Below, in pieces: positions 29,571 through 38,135 of a stretch of 64,000 bases of DNA. Every line of letters starts with the position of its first letter. Position 1 is the first letter of the stretch. The position numbers and the translations under genes are program-made. The notes below the pieces were generated by a model. The model worked only from the letters and a program-made list of their open reading frames with translations, was not told the origin of the DNA and ran no database searches. This DNA is from an uncultured Nitrospiraceae bacterium (GTDB lineage: Bacteria > Nitrospirota > Nitrospiria > Nitrospirales > Nitrospiraceae). The stretch spans positions 160,001-224,000 of the forward strand of contig CAWJWJ010000002.1 of assembly GCA_963846575.1 (NCBI GenBank), written 5' to 3'.

Positions 29571-29694
29571 ATCTGAATGCTTATGCATACAACGTAACTA
29601 TACGTATACATATGGCAGATTAATGCGGCTTGAATCTCCCCACTAAGACGATAGGCTAGCTTGGGTTATCCGCGTTTCGTCGAAGGAGAAAAGA

Positions 29695-30975
29695 ATGCTT
29701 AAACATGAACCTCAGGGCCGCTTAAAGACGAAGCCCCGGCATAATCCTGTTAATGAGCGCATGGACTCAGCCAGTTCAGAAATGGGCGCCATCAACATCC
29801 GCGTGAGACTTCGGGTGCAGGATGAGGCTCGTAACGTGGAGGGCATGACCTTTTCCATAGGTCCTCAATGCATCTCGTTTAACACAAACTATGTCATGCG
29901 TACCTCAACTGGCCTTTCGCTGAAATTCAGAGTGGGAGCAGGGCTGTGCTATCTTAGTTTCTACGGACAGGTGATTTCTTGCATCCCGGCCGAGGATCAA
30001 GCTTACAAGCATCAAGTAAGGGTTCGATTGGCTCCTATTGAAGAGTTTGAGCAACGCATGCTTCAGTCAGTATTGAAGGAGATGCTGCACGATGAATCGA
30101 TGAGGGAAAAGACGTTGCTGACCATCCAGCCGACCTGTGAGACGTCGACCGATGAAGCTACAGGGGTTCCCGAAGAAACATTCCTGCCACTTCGCTCTCC
30201 GCTGGGGAGCCCTCACAAAACAAATAGTGATGATGCTGCCGATGATCCGGTATGGATCATAGAGATGAAACGGGAATTGAAACCTTACTGGGATGCTGTG
30301 CTGGAGTCTCGCATAGTGCAGGAAGCCTCAACGGGGACCCTTTCGCTCCCGCGAATGCAGGGGTGGCTGATTCAGCTATATCCATTCATCGAGACATTTC
30401 CTAAATGGATTGCCTTGACCATTGCGCGGGCCTCTGACCACCGAACCAGGTCTTTCATGATCGACAATATCAGAATCGAAAAGCGCCACGCCGCCCAGTG
30501 GGTCGACATGGCCAAAGGTTTTGGAATTACTCAGGCAGAAATGGACTCAGTGCAGACTCTTCCAGAGGTCGATGCTCTGACCCATTGGCTGTGGTCAGTT
30601 AATTCATGGGGTTCCCTCGCTGAAGGAGTAGCCGCCACGAACTATGCCGTCGAGGGTGTAACCCAGGGCATAGCAAAGCTCACCGTGATGGGATTCCCTC
30701 GGTATGCGAAGATGCAGGGCCTTAATCTCGACAAACGAGCCTATGCGTGGATGGTCAACCACGCACGATACGACGAGGTGCACCCACTGCAGGCGCTGGA
30801 AGTCATTAAAATGTATACCTCTCGTGAATTACAAGAGAAGGTTGTTTTCGCCGCTCGCCGGAGCCTTGAGTATCTTTTTATGGCATTGGATGCATGCTAT
30901 GTTAAATACGCTCCTGTGTCGACAGCTTCAAGTCGCCGCGAGCTTTCCTCGCGGTCCCGTGCAAAAATCTGCTGA
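29695..30975 (+). CDS. PilZ-like domain fused to a heme-oxygenase-like diiron oxidase of the UndA/TenA/PqqC superfamily
   Basis: AAGGAG RBS. C-terminal domain has NIRIEKRH, PEVDALTHWLW, AATNYAVEG and HARYDEVHPLQALEVI, giving ligands E262/H265/E320/H356/D360/H363. N-terminal beta-strand pattern is PilZ-like. Confidence 0.85.
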   Translation: MLKHEPQGRLKTKPRHNPVNERMDSASSEMGAINIRVRLRVQDEARNVEGMTFSIGPQCISFNTNYVMRTSTGLSLKFRVGAGLCYLSFYGQVISCIPAEDQAYKHQVRVRLAPIEEFEQRMLQSVLKEMLHDESMREKTLLTIQPTCETSTDEATGVPEETFLPLRSPLGSPHKTNSDDAADDPVWIIEMKRELKPYWDAVLESRIVQEASTGTLSLPRMQGWLIQLYPFIETFPKWIALTIARASDHRTRSFMIDNIRIEKRHAAQWVDMAKGFGITQAEMDSVQTLPEVDALTHWLWSVNSWGSLAEGVAATNYAVEGVTQGIAKLTVMGFPRYAKMQGLNLDKRAYAWMVNHARYDEVHPLQALEVIKMYTSRELQEKVVFAARRSLEYLFMALDACYVKYAPVSTASSRRELSSRSRAKIC

Positions 30976-31231
30976 GATCTCCGACGGGTGAACACCGTCG
31001 GGGTTGCCGCCTACCTTTGAGTTATTCTCACCAAAGCCTTACAATAATGCCGGTTTGCTATCTTGTTTTCTTCGGATGAATCGCTGCGAGTGCCCTGCGC
31101 TGGCTCTGTCGACCATTCAGGGCCGTGAACGATCCTGAAAATGCAATGGAGACTGCTTCGTTCTCTTGACATGTGGACTTGATCAACCCCTTGCCCTGAT
31201 CGGTCCATTGATACCCGTTTAGGGAGAGCTA

Positions 31232-34200
31232 ATGAATGCCTTTGCGGTCTCTGGGCTCCTCATAGGGCTGACCTCGACTGCGCTCGGATACTTTGTGTAT
31301 CTCAAGGGACGGGAACGATCGGTCAACCGTTTGTGGTTCTACTTCAGTCTCTCCGTTGCAGTGTGGGGATGGGGGGGGGATGTGGATCGGCCTCGCCAGA
31401 ACACCCCCAGAGGCGTTATTGGCTTGGCGTGTCGCATTTGCGTGTGGCGTAGTTTGGATTCCGATTTTGTTTGCACATTTTGTTACTGAATTCTGTGAGC
31501 GGCCTCGGAAGCATTTTTTCGCTATAAGTTATGCCCACGGGCTCCTCTTTGCTCCACTGGTATGGACCGATCTGTTTTTCAGCAATGTCCGGCCGGTGTT
31601 CTCCTTTTTTTATGCGACCCCCGGGTACGTGTTTCCCTATTTCGTCCTTTGGTGGATGGCTACGGTTGCGTATAGCCACGTTATACTCGCATCAACCGGT
31701 AGGCAGCGTACTGGGCAGAAGAAGACTCAGATCGCATATTTTCTCCTAGCTACGTCCATTGGCTACGTTTTCGGGGCGCTGGACTATCTCCCTATTTTTT
31801 CAATAGACCTCTACCCTTATGGGAATTTTGCAATCGTACTGTATCCCGTCATCATGACCTACGCAATTGTGCGCTACCGTCTACTAGATATTAGCGTAGT
31901 CCTGAACAAGGGATTGGCGTATGCGATAGTGCTCGGCATCATTGTAGTGGCCACCTCGATCGGGGCGGTCCTCAGTCAGCGCGCCACGGGATACTCCACC
32001 CCCCCCCTATTGGCCGGAACTCTATTTCTGATTTGTGCTTTATGGGTGCTCAGCAACAATCCGCATTCGAAGTCTAATGTCCTCTTCAGTGGGATGTGCG
32101 GCGCCGCCTGCTTCTGGTTGTTCGGCTGTTTCATGCTGTTCTCCGCGTCTGAGGAGGATGAAGCGTTTTTTTGGATGAGGGTCATTTATATCGGTATTGC
32201 GCTCTTGCCCGCCTTGACCTATCACTTTGCGCGGTCCATCACCGGAGAGGCTGCGCGTGACCGCCTGATCAGCTGGAATTATGCAATCGGTGGCGTGTTT
32301 CTTGGTCTAGCATTCACTTCATACCTGTTTGCTGGGCAGTACACGTACTACTGGGGCCGCTACCCCAAGGCGGGACCACTGCACCCACTATTAGTGCTCT
32401 ACGTGCTGGTGGTCGGATTTCAGACGCTCCGTAGCCTGTACAAAGAGTTTCGCCTGCATGGCCGATCATCCCCTTTGCTTGGGGCTCAATTGAAATACAC
32501 CCTGGCGGCGCTGGCCCTTGGGTTTATGGCTCCTCTCGATTTTCTGCAGAACTACGGGGTGGGGTTTTATCCAGTGGGCTACCTGCTGGCGGGCCTTTCG
32601 GTCACGGTCGTCTCCTATGCGATCGCCCGTTATGAATTGATGGATGTGTCCTTCGTGCCGACACGCCCCAAAGTTATGCTGTCTATTAAGTTAATGGGAT
32701 TGATTCCGGCTTACATGGTGATCTTGCTTGTCATTCGGATCTTTACCGGAACGTTTCATTACCTGCTGGCAGGGGTGTTGTTTGCTTTATTCGTCGTCGT
32801 ATCCAATGGTTTGGCCAACCTTCAAAAAGGGGTGGAACGAGCGATCGGGCAAACCCTGTTCAGGGAACGCTACGACGCGTACGATACGCTGGTGCAGTTT
32901 TCAAAGTCTCTTGTGGCGATTCTCGAACTGAAATCACTCACGAAGGAGATCGTTCAGACGTTGGCGCGCGTGATGAATATCAAAAGTGCGTCGGTCTATG
33001 TACTCGATAAAGAACAAGGGATATACAGTCTGACCGCTTCCTATGGATTTGCCACCCGTGATTCCCTCGTGTCGCCGATCAAGATGGAGAGTGAGTTTCC
33101 CCGGGCGCTGCTCCGCACCGACTCGGCACTTGTGCGAGAGGAAATAGAATATGATCGGGCCGAGACGGACTACTTACGACTGCTCGACACCTTAAAAGCG
33201 TTAGAGTCGGAGGTCTGTATCCCCCTCATCAGCAAGGAGCGCCTCGTCGGGTTCTGCAATTTGGGCCGACGCTCGAATCACGGCATTTATTCAACAGAGG
33301 AGCTAAGCCTCCTTAAAACACTGGCCCAGCACGCCGCCATAGCTATCGACAATGCCTTGTTGTACGAAGATCTGCGCCGGTCACAGCTGTTGATGCGACG
33401 TACCGACCGGTTACGTTCACTCGAAACCATGGCCGGAGGGTTTGCGCACGAGATTCGGAATCCGCTGACCTCCATCAAAACGTTTGTGCAGCTGGCTCCG
33501 GAACGACGTGACGATGTTGAATTTATGGAGCAGTTCAGTCAGGTGGTGTGCGAGGACGTCGAGCGCATTGAGCGGTTGGTGCACGAGATTCTGGATTACG
33601 CACGCTACATGACGCCAAAGCTCACTCAGGAGAATCTAAACGATGTGGTGTCTTCGTGCCTTTATTTTATTGAGGTGAAGGCGAGCAGCAAGGCTATCAC
33701 GATTCAGAAAGACCTGGCCGGTGATCTCCAATGCGTGAAGCTCGATCGACAGCAAATAAAGCAGGTCTTGCTGAACCTCTTCATTAACGCCATGGAGGCA
33801 ATCGGAGGTGAGCAGGCAGGACGGCTGGTTGTTCGCACGCGGAAGCTGGTCCGGCCCGCCAATGATCCTTGGGTTCAGATCGAGGTGGAGGATAGCGGAC
33901 CCGGTATCGACCCCGGAGATCTCGACCATATTTTTGATCCGTTTTATACCACGAAACATGAAAGCGGAGAGCGTGAGGGAACTGGGTTGGGCCTGACCAT
34001 CGCACATCAAATCGTTCAGGAGCATGGCGGCTATCTCGAGGTCACCAGCGAAGTCGGCCGCGGCACCAAATTCATGGTCAATCTTCCCGTAAATCCACCC
34101 GTGGCGGAGTGGCACGCTGCCCAGCCGGTCTATGAAGAGGGGAAAAAACTAACCGGCGGGTTTCTCGCCAGACCGCAGCTGGGATTGGAAGAGCAATTTC

Positions 34201-34235
34201 ACAAACCATCCTTCGGGGGAAACGTGACGACATAG
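31232..34235 (+). CDS. Sensor histidine kinase, 2x HisKA_7TM - GAF - HisKA - HATPase, with a +1 frameshift at a G9 tract (31371-31379)
   Basis: ATG 31232 after an AGGGAG RBS reads MNAFAVSG..AVWGWGG; removing one G joins it to the 31293-34235 frame (MWIG..) giving 1000 aa. H-box FAHEIRNPL, N-box QVLLNLFINA, DSGPGI, IFDPFYTTK, GTGLGL. Confidence 0.88.
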
Positions 34236-34344
34236 GTGTTCTGTCCTGCTGTTACCCCTATTGCGACGGTGCGTGCACGCGCGTGGCTTCATAGGTCTCG
34301 GGGATCGGCGGATTAGTGGACTTCTTTCACTCTAGGATTTGGGG

Positions 34345-35340
34345 CTAGTCGAGCCCACTCGGTTCCGCCGAAACCACCTCCAGGATTTTCTGTTCCGCCC
34401 AAAAGTGATCTCCGCCCGCTCGACCCTTCTGCAGAAAACCGCAATGGCCCCCGTAGCGCGGCGTCAGCAGCTTGATGTTCGGATTGCGCTTGATCGCCGG
34501 TATGTCAAACATTGAGAACGGTATAAAGGGGTCATCGTGGGCGGTGATAATCAGGGTGGGGACAGCGATATCCTGCATCACATGGCGAGCTCCCGCTCGA
34601 TCGTAATAATCGGCACAGTTCGTATACCCTCCATCGCGGGCGGTAAATACCTCATCAAACTGTCGGATGCTCTTAATCGAACGTAGTGCGTCGAGATCCC
34701 ACTTGCCAGGGAAAATTTTGGCTTTGCGCTTCATGCGGGCTTTCAGGCCGGAAAGAAAGTGCCGGTGGTAGAGCCAGTTTCCTGGTTGTTCCAAAGCCGC
34801 CACGCATTGGGAAGGATCAATATTGGGACTGACCGCCACTATGCCTGTCAGGCTCGAATAAGAGCTGCCCAGTTCCCCTGCTGCCTTTAGCACAAGGTTC
34901 CCTCCCATCGAATACCCTATGAACCAGATTCTGTTCATGCCCTCCATTACCGTAAGCTCATGCAGGATTCTCCGAAAATCCTTACTGCGTCCGCTGTTAT
35001 ATAGCGTGGGAGTTAGATGGTCAGTCCCGCCACATGTTCGCTGATTCATGCGGAGGACATTAAACCCCGCAGAGTAAGCCTTCGCTGTAATGCCGTGCAT
35101 GTAATGAGAATCGGCGCTTCCTTCCAGACCATGAACTAACACGACGGTTGGCGACGCTCTAGGATTGTTCTGCCAGTGCGAGTAGCCCAGTAGTTGTGTG
35201 CCTGGTTCCGTAGTAAAAAACCGCCGGCTTTCTGGAATAAGCTTAGACCAATTTTCACGCGGCCAATATCGAGAAACAATCGTCATGAGGTGAGGATTGC
35301 GTAGTAACTGGATGGGGATGAAGTCGTCTGTAACGTTCAT
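34345..35340 (-). CDS. YheT-family alpha/beta hydrolase
   Basis: NPHLMTI, HGLEGS, GYSMGG nucleophile, DDPFI, GGHCGF. Confidence 0.9.
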   Translation of the reverse strand: MNVTDDFIPIQLLRNPHLMTIVSRYWPRENWSKLIPESRRFFTTEPGTQLLGYSHWQNNPRASPTVVLVHGLEGSADSHYMHGITAKAYSAGFNVLRMNQRTCGGTDHLTPTLYNSGRSKDFRRILHELTVMEGMNRIWFIGYSMGGNLVLKAAGELGSSYSSLTGIVAVSPNIDPSQCVAALEQPGNWLYHRHFLSGLKARMKRKAKIFPGKWDLDALRSIKSIRQFDEVFTARDGGYTNCADYYDRAGARHVMQDIAVPTLIITAHDDPFIPFSMFDIPAIKRNPNIKLLTPRYGGHCGFLQKGRAGGDHFWAEQKILEVVSAEPSGLD

Positions 35341-35612
35341 GCGCCTTCCATTTTAAACAATCACGTTTCCGAGCGGGCGGGCTATTCCTTTCATCTGCAG
35401 GAAGTGTACTGAGGATGGGGGTGAATCGATTCGATGAGCAATGGGGAACAGGTTAAGATATTACCATGGCCAAGAGAAAGCGAGGCAGGTTTCCGGTACG
35501 CCCGGTGGCTATATCTGTAAGGAAGAGGCGATCAGGTCGGTAAAGAAACTTCCTTGCCATCAGCCACCAGGCCCAGGGAGGTCCACACCTAATACAGAAT
35601 AAGGTGGTTACT

Positions 35613-35649
35613 AAAAGAAGAGGCTGTTGGCAGCTGCCAACAGCCTCTT
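35613..35649 (-). terminator. Intrinsic terminator after tRNA-Asn
   Basis: Perfect 32-bp palindrome AAGAGGCTGTTGGCAG|CTGCCAACAGCCTCTT (35618-35649) followed by U residues on the minus strand. Confidence 0.8.
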
Positions 35650-35656
35650 TGATATT

Positions 35657-35732
35657 TGGCTCCCCGGGCAGGACTCGAACCTGCGACCAGCCGGTTAACA
35701 GCCGGCTGCTCTACCAACTGAGCTACCGGGGA
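35657..35732 (-). tRNA. tRNA-Asn (GTT)
   Basis: TCCCCGG acceptor, D-arm AGCTCAGTTGGTAGAGC, anticodon loop CTGTTAA, GGTTCGAGTCC, encoded CCA; 76 nt. Confidence 0.97.
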
Positions 35733-35796
35733 ACAATGTGATGCGTTATAAACTTTTGCATTCTAGCAAAAGCAGGGAGGGAAGGGGGAGTCTTTT

Positions 35797-36066
35797 TTAG
35801 ACCCCAAAGTCTTCCATGTCATCTTCATCGGACGACGCGTCTGTGTTTCCCTCTGCAAGGGCTGCGAAATGCTTCGCCCAGGTGAGATAGAGATTTCCGC
35901 TATCCCGCATCGTGTCCGCGGCCTTGACAAGTTTTTCTGCCAATTCTGGATCTTTTCCGCTGGCATGTATGGCTGCAGCATGGCGTTCTATGGCTTTGGG
36001 ATATTCATGCAACAAGCCGGCGATGTCGCGGAGAAGTCCATCAAGCACATTGTCTTCTTGTTCCAT
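35797..36066 (-). CDS. Small helical hypothetical protein with an acidic tail
   Basis: 89 aa ORF with an AAAGGA RBS, between the oxidoreductase terminator and tRNA-Asn. Confidence 0.75.
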   Translation of the reverse strand: MEQEDNVLDGLLRDIAGLLHEYPKAIERHAAAIHASGKDPELAEKLVKAADTMRDSGNLYLTWAKHFAALAEGNTDASSDEDDMEDFGV

Positions 36067-36092
36067 GAAATCCTTTCAATCGCCATCTCAAG

Positions 36093-36127
36093 AAAAAACC
36101 CCATAGCGCGATACGCCATGGGGTTTT
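36093..36127 (-). terminator. Intrinsic terminator of the oxidoreductase operon
   Basis: Minus strand AAAACCCCATGGCG-TATCG-CGCTATGGGGTTTTTT. Confidence 0.8.
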
Positions 36128-36144
36128 AAAGATGCGTGTGCTGT

Positions 36145-36423
36145 TTATCCTTGGTAGGCTTGTCCGAGGGCAGCGGACTCGCCTTTATGGGTCATCAATT
36201 GCCCCGTGGCGCTAACAGCCTGCATCTCAATGGCCTCATGCTTTGCGGCGTTACAGACGACGACGCAGAGTTCGCAACCCTTGCATCGATCAATCGTTAC
36301 TTCTGCCACCATTTTGGCGGAATTAAGATCAAGACAGTTGGCTTCTGGACAATACATGATGCAGAGGCGGCAGCCCTTCTTGGCCACGCATTTCTCGTCG
36401 ATGACTTGCGCTACGTTATACAT
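36145..36423 (-). CDS. porE: 2-oxoacid:ferredoxin oxidoreductase ferredoxin-like (epsilon) subunit
   Basis: C....GCRLC...CP and CKGCELC...C 4Fe-4S motifs; last gene of the five-subunit operon. por versus for assignment uncertain. Confidence 0.8.
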   Translation of the reverse strand: MYNVAQVIDEKCVAKKGCRLCIMYCPEANCLDLNSAKMVAEVTIDRCKGCELCVVVCNAAKHEAIEMQAVSATGQLMTHKGESAALGQAYQG

Positions 36424-36446
36424 GCGACGTGGTCCCTTCTCTCTCG

Positions 36447-37154
36447 TTAAGCCGCAACGGCAGGATTACCGACCTGCAACTCGATTTTATTCTTGTCGGC
36501 CCATTCGCTCGCGATCTCATAAGCCGCTTTAACCGTCGCCAGGTTCTTTGCTAGTAACATTTCCTTCTTGGCGAATTTCTTTTTGATTGCCTCGTCCAAT
36601 GAAGCAGTTCCGCCTGAGGCAACAAATTTCTTGCCGAATCTTTCTTGCAACGCACCGTCTAGAGCTTCCATGGAGACACATTTGGTAATGCCTGCCACCG
36701 AGCCAATCATGGCCATGTTCGTTGATAGCTCCGTGCCCGCAACTTCGATCGCAAGTTCGGTCCCTGCAATATAAAACAAGGCGACATTCAGATCTTTGAG
36801 TCGCTGGATGTCTTCCTCTGACAACAGAGGTTGGGCTGAGTTGATGATCACGACGCCACCTTCTTTTACGCCGGAGTAGAAGGGCATGGTGTAACTTTTT
36901 CCCATGGTAATGACCTGGGGATGAAACACCTCGATGACGTCTGGGAACACTAGCTCACCACGGTCATAAATCCGCTCGATGCCAATGCGGCAGTAACTTT
37001 CTGCGGGAGCCATACGCTTCTCAGCACCAAAGAACGGATTTGATATTGAAAACTTTCCGTCCCGGTTCGCTGCCATCGCCATTACATGGGCTGCCGTGAC
37101 TGCACCTTGTCCGCCCAGCCCTGACATTCGAATATTGAGTCTTTTCTTAATCAT
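36447..37154 (-). CDS. porC: Pyruvate (or 2-oxoglutarate):ferredoxin oxidoreductase gamma subunit
   Basis: IRMSGLGGQG, FGAEKR..P, NMAMIG. Confidence 0.88.
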   Translation of the reverse strand: MIKKRLNIRMSGLGGQGAVTAAHVMAMAANRDGKFSISNPFFGAEKRMAPAESYCRIGIERIYDRGELVFPDVIEVFHPQVITMGKSYTMPFYSGVKEGGVVIINSAQPLLSEEDIQRLKDLNVALFYIAGTELAIEVAGTELSTNMAMIGSVAGITKCVSMEALDGALQERFGKKFVASGGTASLDEAIKKKFAKKEMLLAKNLATVKAAYEIASEWADKNKIELQVGNPAVAA

Positions 37155-37170
37155 GAACGACCTCCGATCC

Positions 37171-38073
37171 TTAAGCTTTTTCTGCTAACTGTTTGGCGGC
37201 GGCTTTCTTTTCCTTGGCCTTGGCATCTCGCTCCGCCAAAAGCTGCTTCGCCGGCTCGCTGATATATTCTTTGTACGCGAAGCGTTCGGCTGGTTTCTCG
37301 GAGTCCCGCATTTCCTGCAGGCCTTCCATGCTGTTCTTGCCAATTTCCAAAATGCAGGGGGTGTAAAGCTGCAGATAGGTCGGGCCGAGCTCTCGTGCAA
37401 TTAGGACTGCATTGCGGACGACCTTCTCGACCAGGGACGGCTTGCTCACGGTGCAGTTCACAACGTAGTGACAGCCGGATTCGCGAGCAATCTCAGGCAG
37501 ACGAACTTTGTCGAACAGTTTGCCAACCGGAGCCATTTTAGCGACGAAGCCTTTCTGCATCAGGCCACTCTCCTGTCCACCTGTATTGGCGTACAGTTCG
37601 TTGTCAAAGCAGATGGTCGTGAACTTCTCTTGCCGGAACCAGGCCTGCAAGGTCATATCTAACCCAATGTCGACTGTGGCTCCGTCACCTGCCAAAACAA
37701 CCACATCCTTGATGCGGTCGGGGAATCGGACGGAAAGTGCGCGTTTCAATCCTGAAGCAATAGCGTTCTGATTTCCAAAAAGGGAATGGATATTGTGGAC
37801 GGCTACCATGGGGAATACGAGGCTTGTGCAGCCCGTTGATCCAACCATTACCGTATCTTCCGGATTTGGGAGTGAGGCCAGAATATAGCGGAACGCCATG
37901 GATTCCGGACAACCGGCACATAGGGAATGTTGCTCAATCAGTTCCTTTGATGTTCCAATATCTTTCCAGCCACGGTCCTCTTTTCCATAGGTGGCGCTTT
38001 GGACCAAGTCTTGGTAGTCCGACGGCATGATGTCATACAGATCTTCAGAAATCTTGATTCGCTCTTTGCTCAT
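37171..38073 (-). CDS. porB: Pyruvate (or 2-oxoglutarate):ferredoxin oxidoreductase beta subunit
   Basis: CAGC, TGC, GDG..DIG, DNELYANTGGQ TPP-binding motif, YTPC. Confidence 0.9.
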   Translation of the reverse strand: MSKERIKISEDLYDIMPSDYQDLVQSATYGKEDRGWKDIGTSKELIEQHSLCAGCPESMAFRYILASLPNPEDTVMVGSTGCTSLVFPMVAVHNIHSLFGNQNAIASGLKRALSVRFPDRIKDVVVLAGDGATVDIGLDMTLQAWFRQEKFTTICFDNELYANTGGQESGLMQKGFVAKMAPVGKLFDKVRLPEIARESGCHYVVNCTVSKPSLVEKVVRNAVLIARELGPTYLQLYTPCILEIGKNSMEGLQEMRDSEKPAERFAYKEYISEPAKQLLAERDAKAKEKKAAAKQLAEKA

Positions 38074-38135
38074 ATATGCCTCCTCAAAGCCTATTGTTCG
38101 TAAACAGTAAATGGAAATTCAATGCATGGCTGGCT

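Noticed and set aside
30979..31010. Hairpin ending GGGGTTGCCG resembling a c-di-GMP-I riboswitch
   Set aside because: Lacks the GGCAAA/GNRA P2 and GCAAAG elements and sits directly after a stop codon; it is just a 9-bp stem without a U tract.
31293..34235. 980-aa kinase ORF starting at 31293 as given in the ORF track
   Set aside because: Its first ~29 aa are out-of-frame sequence; the real start with an RBS and TM helix is 31232, joined across the G9 tract.
28613..35732. Genomic island integrated at the tRNA-Asn 3' end
   Set aside because: No integrase and no duplicated tRNA 3' end seen; the lower GC appears to continue into the housekeeping genes to the right.
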